The translations under genes and the position numbers were made by a program. The notes under the pieces were generated by a model. That model was given only the letters and a program-made list of their open reading frames with translations. It was not told the origin of the DNA and ran no database searches. From Candidatus Latescibacterota bacterium (GTDB taxonomy: Bacteria; Latescibacterota; UBA2968; UBA8231), in contig CBDFJF010000002.1 of assembly GCA_965248265.1 (NCBI GenBank), positions 3,232,001-3,296,000 of the forward strand: a DNA stretch of 64,000 nt, written 5' to 3'. Shown in pieces: positions 27,047 through 37,522 of this stretch. Every line of letters starts with the position of its first letter. The stretch's first letter is position 1.

Positions 27047-27792
27047 CCTTCGAGCTGCTTCGACACCGAGGCGGAAAATTCGACGAAACCTTGTTCAGAC
27101 CGCAGTGCCGGAGAACGCGGAAATCCGAACGGGACTTTGAGATCAGCCAGGATTCGCCCCGGCCGAGCGCTCATCACCAGCACCCGTTGGCTCAAGAAGA
27201 CCGCCTCTTGGACGCTGTGGGTGACGAACAGGCATGTCCACCGATCTCTTTCCCATAATCCCAGGAGTTCCTCATTGAGCCGGATCCGGGATAGTTCATC
27301 GAGTGCTCCGAAGGGTTCGTCCATCAATAAGAGTTCCGGCGAAAGGGCCAGAGCCCTGGCAATGGAAGCGCGCATGCGCATTCCACCAGAGAGTTGGTGG
27401 GGAAAGCTGTGTCTGAATTCGTTCAATCCAACCATGTTGAGGGCATTGGTCACACGCTTCGCGATTTCATCATTCGGGAACCTCCTCAATTCGAGTGGCA
27501 GGGCCACGTTCCCTTCGGTGTGCCGCCAGGGTAAGAGGGTGGGATCCTGGAGCACATAGGCGAGTTTGGCAGTCGAGGTGCGATCGGACGTCACGGTCTC
27601 TCGGCCATCGACGGTGATCACACCTTGTGTGGGCACATGCAGGCCAGCCACCAGGCGGAGGATCGTTGACTTGCCGCATCCCGAAGGACCGACAATGGCG
27701 ACGAACTCGTGCTCTTTGATGTGAAGATTCACCCCTGAGAGGGCTTCGACGCCGTCGCTGAAGCGCACGGTGATATCCTCGCCCATTATCAT
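27043..27792 (-). CDS. ABC transporter ATP-binding protein (SsuB/TauB-like)
   Basis: GPSGCGKS, LSGGMRMR, LLMDEPFGALD, FVTH. Confidence 0.93.
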   Translation of the reverse strand: MIMGEDITVRFSDGVEALSGVNLHIKEHEFVAIVGPSGCGKSTILRLVAGLHVPTQGVITVDGRETVTSDRTSTAKLAYVLQDPTLLPWRHTEGNVALPLELRRFPNDEIAKRVTNALNMVGLNEFRHSFPHQLSGGMRMRASIARALALSPELLLMDEPFGALDELSRIRLNEELLGLWERDRWTCLFVTHSVQEAVFLSQRVLVMSARPGRILADLKVPFGFPRSPALRSEQGFVEFSASVSKQLEG

Positions 27793-27793
27793 C

Positions 27794-28486
27794 TCAGATG
27801 CCCTTCATGCTCCCCCCCCACTCCTCGATATGGCGTCTGCCACTGAAGTTGAGCCCCTCGCGTTCACAGATGCGTGACACCGTTGGTTGCCGGGTGCGCA
27901 GCTGCTCGGAGCTCGCCGCTTCGGGCATCAGATAGACCTTGTGGCGTGGGACGTCGAAACGCTGAATGAAGCCCAGGATTTCCGGAGTGTCGCCTTCATC
28001 CTGCACGACGAATTTGATTTGGTAGTCGGCGTCGCTGTGGATGAATGCGGGCATCACGTCGAAACGATTGTTCCGGCGATGCAGGGCCCGTTGGCTCGGA
28101 TACTCCTCGCCGGGTTCGCTGTGACGAAGCTTGGGGGAGATGCTGAAGAAATCAGGCCTGACGTCCTCGTGGTAAACGGTGCCGGCTGTCTCGATGGTGA
28201 TGTACCGGTCTCCCCGGTCACGCAGGCCGTCGACGAGATCCGATAGATCGCGCTGGATGAGCGGCTCGCCGCCCGTGATAACGATGTGTCGGACGCCGGG
28301 CCATCGGTCCGCTTCGTCAAGGATGGAAGAGATGCTGCGAATGGTACCTTCGGGCTTCCATGAGGTGTAGCGGGTGTCGCACCAAACGCAGCGCAGGTTG
28401 CATCCGGAGGTGCGCATGAACAGACTGGACGTTCCGCTGTGGACACCCTCACCCTGGCGTGCGTGGAAAATTTCCGAGACCAGCAT
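27794..28486 (-). CDS. queE: 7-carboxy-7-deazaguanine synthase (radical SAM)
   Basis: EIFHARQGEG, RTSGCNLRCVWCDT, ITGGEP, IETAGT, SISPKL. Confidence 0.88.
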   Translation of the reverse strand: MLVSEIFHARQGEGVHSGTSSLFMRTSGCNLRCVWCDTRYTSWKPEGTIRSISSILDEADRWPGVRHIVITGGEPLIQRDLSDLVDGLRDRGDRYITIETAGTVYHEDVRPDFFSISPKLRHSEPGEEYPSQRALHRRNNRFDVMPAFIHSDADYQIKFVVQDEGDTPEILGFIQRFDVPRHKVYLMPEAASSEQLRTRQPTVSRICEREGLNFSGRRHIEEWGGSMKGI

Positions 28487-28551
28487 CGACTGTCAGAGAC
28501 TTACTCCTTGGAAGGAAACTGAAGGGTTGCTGCGGCGTCACCTGACTGGTC

Positions 28552-28884
28552 CTACTCTATCAGCTGGTTTACTTTTGCCGCGCATATGAAATCGTTTTCC
28601 GACATGCCGTCGATGGCATGTGTCCAAAACTTGACCGTGCACTGCCGGAACCCGACTTCGAGCACCGGGTGGTGGCCTTCCTTGTTCGACAGCCAGGCGA
28701 TAGCGTTCACGAACGAGATCGTCTGGTAGTAGTTGTTGAAGTCGAACGCCCGTTGCAGTTGTCCCTCTTCGTAACTCCATCCGGGGACCTGGGGCAACAT
28801 GCCGGCGATCTGCTCCTCACTGAGGGGAGGCACGCCGGATTCACAAGGTTTGCACACTTCCGCAGTCAGATCGATTGTCGCCAT
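28552..28884 (-). CDS. phhB: Pterin-4-alpha-carbinolamine dehydratase
   Basis: CKPCE, EGHHP, FWTHAIDGMSENDFICAAK. Confidence 0.93.
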   Translation of the reverse strand: MATIDLTAEVCKPCESGVPPLSEEQIAGMLPQVPGWSYEEGQLQRAFDFNNYYQTISFVNAIAWLSNKEGHHPVLEVGFRQCTVKFWTHAIDGMSENDFICAAKVNQLIE

Positions 28885-29043
28885 GGATTGAGTCTCCGTG
28901 TTTTCGGGCAGGGTGGTTGTGGCAGGTCCGGCTCCCTGAGGACAGTCCCGAGAGCCGGGTGCTAGCACCGAACATAGTCAGGAAAACGGCAGGCGCAATT
29001 GTAAGTGAAGCGACTCGAGTCGCCACGAAGGGGTGGAGGACGC

Positions 29044-29586
29044 ATGGAGAAACATTTCAGACAGATCATCCGCTCAACGGGAGAAGACCTGGACCGAGAG
29101 GGACTCGTCGACACCCCGCAACGGGCGGCCGCGGCTTTCGAGTACCTCACCAGAGGATACTCACAAACGGTCGAGCAAGTCGTAGGGCGAGGAGTGTTCC
29201 GGAGCGATACCGATGAAATGGTCGTCGTCAAGAACATTGAGTTGTACTCGCTGTGTGAACATCACATGCTGCCATTCCTTGGCAAGTGTCATGTGGGGTA
29301 CTTGCCAGATGGAAAGATCCTCGGTTTGTCCAAGGTAGCTCGAATCGTCGACGTGTTTGCGCGGCGGTTGCAGATTCAGGAGGAGCTCACGCGTCAGGTC
29401 GCCACCTCGATTGAGGAGCTACTCGGGGCGTCAGGTGTCGGGGTGGTAATAGAGGCGCAGCACCTGTGCATGATGATGCGTGGAGTCGAAAAACAGAACT
29501 CGGAGATGACGACGTCCTGCATGCTGGGGGAATTCAGGAGCAATGGCCAGACGCGGAGTGAGTTCCTGAGTTTGATTCGCGGCTGA
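29044..29586 (+). CDS. folE: GTP cyclohydrolase I (type IA)
   Basis: [42 protein letters not shown]; GGAGG RBS before ATG 29044. Confidence 0.96.
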   Translation: MEKHFRQIIRSTGEDLDREGLVDTPQRAAAAFEYLTRGYSQTVEQVVGRGVFRSDTDEMVVVKNIELYSLCEHHMLPFLGKCHVGYLPDGKILGLSKVARIVDVFARRLQIQEELTRQVATSIEELLGASGVGVVIEAQHLCMMMRGVEKQNSEMTTSCMLGEFRSNGQTRSEFLSLIRG

Positions 29587-29600
29587 TTCCCGAGACGTCC

Positions 29601-32600
29601 GTGTCCTCCCTCAACCGCAAGCAGCAACACCCCGTGCTGTCATCGGTGCGAGCATGGTCCGCGGCCGCCCTGTGTTGCTATGCCGGCGTGGCGTCGTCCG
29701 ATGCAAAGGAAGCATATGGCGGCGCTCATATTTTGCTGAAAATGAGCTCCGTTGCGGGCAAGGCCCTCCCGGGCGCTGGCGTGCAACGCCTTCACGAGCG
29801 CTACGGTGTCGTCTCCGCGACGCCATTGCTGAAAACGATCGGTCGTCGCCTCGAGACGGCCAAATCCACGGTCGGTACCGACCAATCCTCCACAGCCGCC
29901 GCCACCGATCTTAACCGGTGGCACGCCGTCGAGTTCTCCGGGTCGATCGATCCTGCCATTGTGTCTGGAGCCTACGCGAAGCTCGACGCCGTTGAGGCCG
30001 CGCAACCGAATTACGTGCGCCGCTTCTGTGCTGAGCCTGACGATCCATTGTACCCACAACAATCCAATCTGCGTGCGATTGGGGTGGGTGAGCTGCCGGC
30101 GGGTGGTGCCCGGGGGATCATCGTGGCCGTCGTCGACTCTGGAGTCGATTACCTGCACGGTGACCTTGCCAGCCAGGTTTGGATCAACACGGCGGAATCG
30201 ACCGGCGAAGCTGGCGTGGATGACGATGCCAATGGCTACATCGATGACATCAGGGGCTGGGATTTCACCGATGCACCCGGGCAGGCCGGCAATGGAGATT
30301 TCCTCGGGCGTGACGACGATCCGATGGACGAATCTGGGCACGGAACCCACGTAGCCGGCATCGTCGGCGCCGTTGTCGACAATGGCATCGGCATCGCCGG
30401 CTTGGCACCTGGTGTGCAGCTGATGGTTCTGCGTGCGGGGTTTCAGGTGGGCAGCGCCGGATTCCTCGAAGATGATGATGTCGCCGCCGCCATCGTCTAC
30501 GCCGTCGACAATGGGGCCCACATCATAAATCTGAGTCTCGGGGATCCGTCGTTCTCGCCCTTGCTGCGGGATGTCGTCCGCTATGCCAATGACGCTGGAG
30601 TGCTGGTGGTGGCAGCGGCCGGCAACGAGGGAAACGGCGACGTTTTTTTTCCAGCGCGCCTGGACCACACGGTAGCGGTCGCTGCTGTCGACGACTTCGG
30701 ACGAATCGCGACTTTTTCGAACTGGGGTTCCAGTGTCGACATCGCTGCTCCGGGAATAGCCATCCTGAGCCTGTCACCAGGAAACACCTACGTGGAGCGA
30801 TCTGGCACATCGATGTCGACGGCCCACGTCTCTGGAGCGGCAGCGCTTGTGCTGGCACGTTGGCCGCATCTCAATCCCGAGCAACTCAGGTCAGCTCTCA
30901 TGCACGAGGCTCTTGACATCGGTTCCCCGGGCTGGGACACACGAACCGGAGCCGGCCTATTGCAGGCCTCAGCCGCGTCGTCATCGAGTCCCCTTACAAT
31001 CCAGGTTGAGGTCGGGGCCAGCACGGCCGAGGATTCCGTCGAGGTTGGGGTGACGCTGATGGGGGATGGCGCCGTGACCTACACCTTGAGTTGGGGTTAT
31101 GGGGCTTCGCCCGAACAGTGGACGACATTCGTAAATCAGAGACTGGTTATCGAGCCAGGAACCAGAACCGTCTTGCGGGAGATTTTGTCAACGGCCGCGC
31201 TCCCCGACAGTTCCTACGTCATTCGCGCCGAAGTGGTCTCGGCCAGCACCAGCCACAGCGATCACTCCAGTCTCGAGCTGCGACGAGCCGAGCCCACCGT
31301 GCAGTCCGTGCAATCGGGTAGGGCGCTCGAAGGCGATCATTGGGACTATTGGATTGAGTGGCAGACGGCTGTTCCTTCCCGCGGCCTCGTTGAAGTGTAC
31401 GGGGAGGATGAAGGACTTCTGTTCGAGCTGCCGGCTCCCCAACGCCGGAGCATGCACCGGGTGGTCCTTCCCAAGGATCTGCCCATCGGAGACTACGAGG
31501 TTTCCGTGCGGAGCCAGCCTTCGGGGTCGGCAACCGAATCAAATCTCGGCCTGAACATTCCGCGGCGCTCTGTCCTTCGCTGGCACTTTCAACTGGAGGC
31601 TACCGCAGCCGACGGCTACGTGCTGCCCATGATGACGGACTTTGATGATGATGGTTTGCGGGAGTTGTCAGCCATGATCTTCGGTGAAGGCACCTACGGC
31701 GCGACCTCCTTTTTTGAACTGCCAGCAATGGGGCTCGGATCGGATCTGCTTCTTCCCGTGCATACCAGTTCGCGGCTGTTCATTCCCTGGAGCGTGCACG
31801 ACCTTGACGTCGATGGGGTGCCGGAGTTGATGGCCGTCGACGCCGAACGCGTTCGTCTGCTCGAAGCCGGCGATGGCACTGCACGGTTTCCGGACACGGT
31901 GATCTGGGCGCAGGACGACGTCTGGGGAGGAGCAACAGGCGACCTGGATGCCGACGGCCGCCGGGAGATGTACCTGCGATCGAGCCGAGGTCCCTTGTTC
32001 AGGACCTACGAGCACGCGGGTACCGACAACGATTTCACCCAGGTGGCCGTCAACACCAACCCCACGGATGGGCCAAATAACCTCGGTGAGCGTCAGGTGG
32101 TTGGCGACTTTGATGCCGATGGTCGGGGTGATCTGCTGGTCGGCGACGAAGACGGAGACCTGATCGTTTTCGAAAGCATCGGTGACGACACCCTCGACCC
32201 GGTGTGGGTGGTAGACAACGAACGGGACGATGAAGACAGCCGCGTGGTAGGAGGTGGGGTCGACCTGGATGGCGATGGCCAAATAGAATTCGCCGTGGGC
32301 CGGCTGCTTACGGATCGCTTCAATCCTGATCGGACTCAGTGGTCGGTCACCATTTATGAGCACGGTGGTGGAGACAACGAATACGAGGTAGAGCACGAGC
32401 TGCTTGTTGGCGGTGGCAAAAGCCAGGGCAATGGCATATCGATGGGAGACCTGGATGGGGATGGCCTGGTGGAATTGTGCGTGGCGTTGGTCCCCGATAT
32501 GTACATCGTGCGACCGATAGGTCCTGACGAATACGAACCCGTCTGGCACACACCGATTCGTGATTCGCATCGCCCGCTGCTGGGCGATCTCGACGGCGAT

Positions 32601-33794
32601 GGGATCACGGAAATTGCCTACAACTCTACGGCGGGCGCGATTGAAATCATCAGTCTTGCTGACGCCCGGGTGCTTCAACTCGAGGCGCCCGCGGGGTTTG
32701 CGGCCATCGGCGACGGACCGGATCGCGTCACCTTGAGTTGGGAGCCGGTCGATGGTGTGACGGTGTATCGTCTTTACCGAGCCCCCGTTGCTGAACCCCT
32801 GGTGCTGCTGGCATCGGTTGGCGAAACCTCGTTCGTCGACATGACCGTGGAGGAGGGCGTCACCTACACCTATTCGGTTGCCGCAATCGGCTCGGATGAT
32901 TTCGAGGGACGTCGCTCAACGCCGCAATCCGCTACCCCCGCTTCCCTCCCGGCACTGCTGCGAATCGACCGACTGACGTCGCGGCATCTTGCTCTGGATT
33001 TCAGTGGGCCGATGGGTCCCTCGGTTGAGGAAGGCTTCCGTTACCAGGTCCTTCCCGGAATCGGATCACCGACATCCGCGACTCGTGATCGTGGCGGAAG
33101 CCATGTGATCCTGGCCTTCGGATCCCTACCAGAATCAGGCCGCTACGAACTGACGGCCACCGATCTGCGAGCGGAAAGCGGGGCACGCCTGGAGCAAGGG
33201 CGGTTGTCTTTTCTCTTTGACCTGGAGGCGGTGGAGTCACGGCCCCAATTGGTACATGCTGAGATTGAGCAGCGGACGAGGCTTGTTCTGCGTTTCAATG
33301 CACCGCTGCAATCGCCTCTTCCCGCGAGCGGGATCACCATCGATGCCGGCAGTATTACCGTCGAGGAAGTCACGGCTCTCACCCAGTCCGAAGTGGCAGT
33401 GACATTGGCCGATGACACGCCACTGCAGCCCTGGGGACGCCGCTACGAGGTCGTCATCTCCGGTTGGCGGGATGAATCAGGTGCGGGGGTTTCCGGTCGC
33501 ACCTTCGTGCAGTGGGCTCCATCAGAATTGGGTGCGCATGTCGTGTTTCCGAATCCCTTCGATCCGTCCCTGGGTAACCTGGTGTTCGGAGGGTTACCGG
33601 CTGGCTCTCGAGTTTCCATCTTTTCAATGGCGGGAGGGCTGTTGCGGACCCTGCATGAAGAGCAGGGCGCAGGCGGTGTCGAATGGGATGGAAGCAACGA
33701 GACGGGGGCGCTGGCAGGTAGTGGCCTCTACTACTATCGGGTGTCGCATGGGGGTATAGTGCAAACTGGTTCGTTTGCCGTGATTCGACGGTAA
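29601..33794 (+). CDS. Secreted multidomain S8 serine peptidase with FG-GAP/VCBS repeats, FN3/Ig-like domains and a C-terminal FlgD/T9SS-like sorting domain
   Basis: Catalytic VVDSG, GHGTHVAG, SGTSMS; several D(L/F)DxDG repeats; tail FPNPF..IFSMAGGLLRTL..WDG..SGLYYYRV. Confidence 0.9.
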   Translation: MSSLNRKQQHPVLSSVRAWSAAALCCYAGVASSDAKEAYGGAHILLKMSSVAGKALPGAGVQRLHERYGVVSATPLLKTIGRRLETAKSTVGTDQSSTAAATDLNRWHAVEFSGSIDPAIVSGAYAKLDAVEAAQPNYVRRFCAEPDDPLYPQQSNLRAIGVGELPAGGARGIIVAVVDSGVDYLHGDLASQVWINTAESTGEAGVDDDANGYIDDIRGWDFTDAPGQAGNGDFLGRDDDPMDESGHGTHVAGIVGAVVDNGIGIAGLAPGVQLMVLRAGFQVGSAGFLEDDDVAAAIVYAVDNGAHIINLSLGDPSFSPLLRDVVRYANDAGVLVVAAAGNEGNGDVFFPARLDHTVAVAAVDDFGRIATFSNWGSSVDIAAPGIAILSLSPGNTYVERSGTSMSTAHVSGAAALVLARWPHLNPEQLRSALMHEALDIGSPGWDTRTGAGLLQASAASSSSPLTIQVEVGASTAEDSVEVGVTLMGDGAVTYTLSWGYGASPEQWTTFVNQRLVIEPGTRTVLREILSTAALPDSSYVIRAEVVSASTSHSDHSSLELRRAEPTVQSVQSGRALEGDHWDYWIEWQTAVPSRGLVEVYGEDEGLLFELPAPQRRSMHRVVLPKDLPIGDYEVSVRSQPSGSATESNLGLNIPRRSVLRWHFQLEATAADGYVLPMMTDFDDDGLRELSAMIFGEGTYGATSFFELPAMGLGSDLLLPVHTSSRLFIPWSVHDLDVDGVPELMAVDAERVRLLEAGDGTARFPDTVIWAQDDVWGGATGDLDADGRREMYLRSSRGPLFRTYEHAGTDNDFTQVAVNTNPTDGPNNLGERQVVGDFDADGRGDLLVGDEDGDLIVFESIGDDTLDPVWVVDNERDDEDSRVVGGGVDLDGDGQIEFAVGRLLTDRFNPDRTQWSVTIYEHGGGDNEYEVEHELLVGGGKSQGNGISMGDLDGDGLVELCVALVPDMYIVRPIGPDEYEPVWHTPIRDSHRPLLGDLDGDGITEIAYNSTAGAIEIISLADARVLQLEAPAGFAAIGDGPDRVTLSWEPVDGVTVYRLYRAPVAEPLVLLASVGETSFVDMTVEEGVTYTYSVAAIGSDDFEGRRSTPQSATPASLPALLRIDRLTSRHLALDFSGPMGPSVEEGFRYQVLPGIGSPTSATRDRGGSHVILAFGSLPESGRYELTATDLRAESGARLEQGRLSFLFDLEAVESRPQLVHAEIEQRTRLVLRFNAPLQSPLPASGITIDAGSITVEEVTALTQSEVAVTLADDTPLQPWGRRYEVVISGWRDESGAGVSGRTFVQWAPSELGAHVVFPNPFDPSLGNLVFGGLPAGSRVSIFSMAGGLLRTLHEEQGAGGVEWDGSNETGALAGSGLYYYRVSHGGIVQTGSFAVIRR

Positions 33795-33853
33795 CGAGCG
33801 TCGCAGTGCGCACGACGCCTTTGTAATGAAGGGTCACAATCCGGGAGGCGGCA

Positions 33854-34873
33854 ATGGTCAGGATCGGTATAGCCGGTATCGGCTTCATGGGGGTAACGCA
33901 TTACAATGCAATAAAGAAGGTAAAAGGAGCGAGAGTCGCGGCGATTTTCACCCGTAACCCCAAAAAGCTGCGCGGCGACTGGCGGGAGGTTCAGGGGAAC
34001 TTTGGCGGCGGCGGCGGTGTTCAGGATTTGTCACGCATCCGTTGTCATGGCAGTCTGGACGAGCTGTTGAGTGATGACGGTGTTGACGTCATCCACAACT
34101 GCCTGCCAACCCCCATGCATCTGTCGACGACGATGGATGCCCTCCGTGCCGGCAGGCACGTATTCCTCGAAAAGCCAATCGCCGTCGATCTTCGGTATGC
34201 GGACCGCATGGTGGCTGAAGCCAAGCGCCGCCGGCGTCTGTTCATGGTGGCGCACGTACTCAGGTTCTTTCCCGAGTTTCGACTGATAAAGGAATTAGCT
34301 GTCGATGGCCGCTTCGGAGCGGTGCGCGCCGCCCATTTCAAACGTGTTACCGCCTATCCCAAGTGGCGGGCACCAGATGACATCATCGACTCGGGTGGCC
34401 CGGCGATCGACCTCCACATTCACGATTGTGACTTCGTTCGTTTTCTCTTCGGGACACCGCAGGCGGTCACCTCCAACGGATTGGTGAGCCGGAATGGTAT
34501 CGTCGATCACCTGCACACTCACTATCATTTTGGGGGAAGGCGGATGGCGATCAGCTCCGAGTCGGGGTGGCTCTCCCAACAGGGATGTCCCTTCGAACAC
34601 GGATACGACGTCTACTTTGCCGATGCCACGCTTAAATTCAACTCGTCATCGGGTCGTCCGCCTGTACTCCTTACAGCTGACGGCAAGAGCCGGCATCCCC
34701 GTCTGCCCGGAAGCAAGGATGCCTTCGTTGGCGAGATTCAGGATGCCGTCGAGGCGATCTCGAGAGGCACTACATCCTCTACCCTGAGTGCGGTTTCGGC
34801 ACGGGAGTCACTGAAGTTGTGCCTTAAGGAAATCCAGTCCGTGCGGCAGCGACGAAAGGTGCGGGTGGGCTGA
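33854..34873 (+). CDS. Gfo/Idh/MocA family oxidoreductase
   Basis: GIAGIGFMG, GRHVFLEKP, VAHVLRF, DLHIHD. Confidence 0.92.
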   Translation: MVRIGIAGIGFMGVTHYNAIKKVKGARVAAIFTRNPKKLRGDWREVQGNFGGGGGVQDLSRIRCHGSLDELLSDDGVDVIHNCLPTPMHLSTTMDALRAGRHVFLEKPIAVDLRYADRMVAEAKRRRRLFMVAHVLRFFPEFRLIKELAVDGRFGAVRAAHFKRVTAYPKWRAPDDIIDSGGPAIDLHIHDCDFVRFLFGTPQAVTSNGLVSRNGIVDHLHTHYHFGGRRMAISSESGWLSQQGCPFEHGYDVYFADATLKFNSSSGRPPVLLTADGKSRHPRLPGSKDAFVGEIQDAVEAISRGTTSSTLSAVSARESLKLCLKEIQSVRQRRKVRVG

Positions 34874-34874
34874 G

Positions 34875-35138
34875 GTGGCCGGCGACGACAAGAAGACGGC
34901 AATGAATGCGCTGCCCGGCCTCGCAGAGGTCCCGGTCAAGTTGCGCGTCGTCCTCGGTGGCTCGAAGATCAGCTTTCAGGATGCGGCGAATCTAACGCCG
35001 AAAAGCCTGCTGCCCATAGACAAAACGGCGACTGATCCCGTTGACGTTGTCGTTAATGGAAAGGTGATAGCAAGAGGCAAACTAGTCATCATCGATGACA
35101 CCTACGGGGTACAGATCACGGAGCTGATTGGGCAATAG
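34875..35138 (+). CDS. fliN: FliN/SpoA-domain flagellar switch protein
   Basis: VPVKLRVVLG..PVDVVVNGKVIARGKLVIIDDTYGVQITELI. Confidence 0.8.
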   Translation: MAGDDKKTAMNALPGLAEVPVKLRVVLGGSKISFQDAANLTPKSLLPIDKTATDPVDVVVNGKVIARGKLVIIDDTYGVQITELIGQ

Positions 35139-35186
35139 CGGTCCAGTCAGGCCGAGCCTTGCTGGACCGGTCACTGCAGGGTAACG

Positions 35187-35228
35187 AAAAGGCGAGGGGA
35201 AAAGTGATTCTTCCCCTCGCCTTTTTTT
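35187..35228. terminator. Bidirectional intrinsic terminator between fliN and groEL
   Basis: AAAA-GGCGAGGGGAA..TTCCCCTCGCC-TTTTTTT. Confidence 0.88.
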
Positions 35229-35264
35229 GTTCGTCCCTAAGCCGCTCGGGCGTCAGGGACTTTT

Positions 35265-37203
<1,939 letters not shown>

Positions 37204-37245
37204 TGTTATTCTCCTTAGGGAATGTGTTAAAGCCAACTGCAGAGA

Positions 37246-37262
37246 AGCAAGCCTCATGCCGA
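37246..37262 (-). promoter_or_regulatory. sigma54 (-24/-12) promoter of groES-groEL
   Basis: Minus strand TCGGCATGAGGCTTGCT fits GG-N10-GC; AT-rich, IHF-like tract immediately upstream. Confidence 0.65.
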
Positions 37263-37522
37263 AAGCGAGATCATTTCGTAACGCGATTAATTACAATATG
37301 TTATAGCAGCACTAAGCAAGTGAGGGAGACGCACAAGCCATCGGGTATTATCATATAGAGAATGACGTACCTGAAGATGTCGTCATAATTGCTTTTAATA
37401 ACAGTAAGTTAATGATGTTTTGCCAAAATGACAACAAATCTAGCTGGCATTTCCAAATCGGGAATGCTGTTTGCCAATGTCGCACCTTACAGAGTTGACG
37501 AGAATCTGAGCCTGCTAACTTC

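Noticed and set aside
28487-28551. preQ1 riboswitch before queE
   Set aside because: No short stem with an A-rich 3' tail matching the preQ1-I consensus was seen.
21299-29586. Magnetosome gene island around the MamK-like gene
   Set aside because: No CDF transporter, TPR MamA, HtrA/PDZ, LemA-like MamQ or Feo genes are recognisable; the neighbours are metabolic.
27794-29586. dpd-type 7-deazaguanine DNA-modification island
   Set aside because: No dpdA/tgt-like, queC, queD or mobility genes are present.
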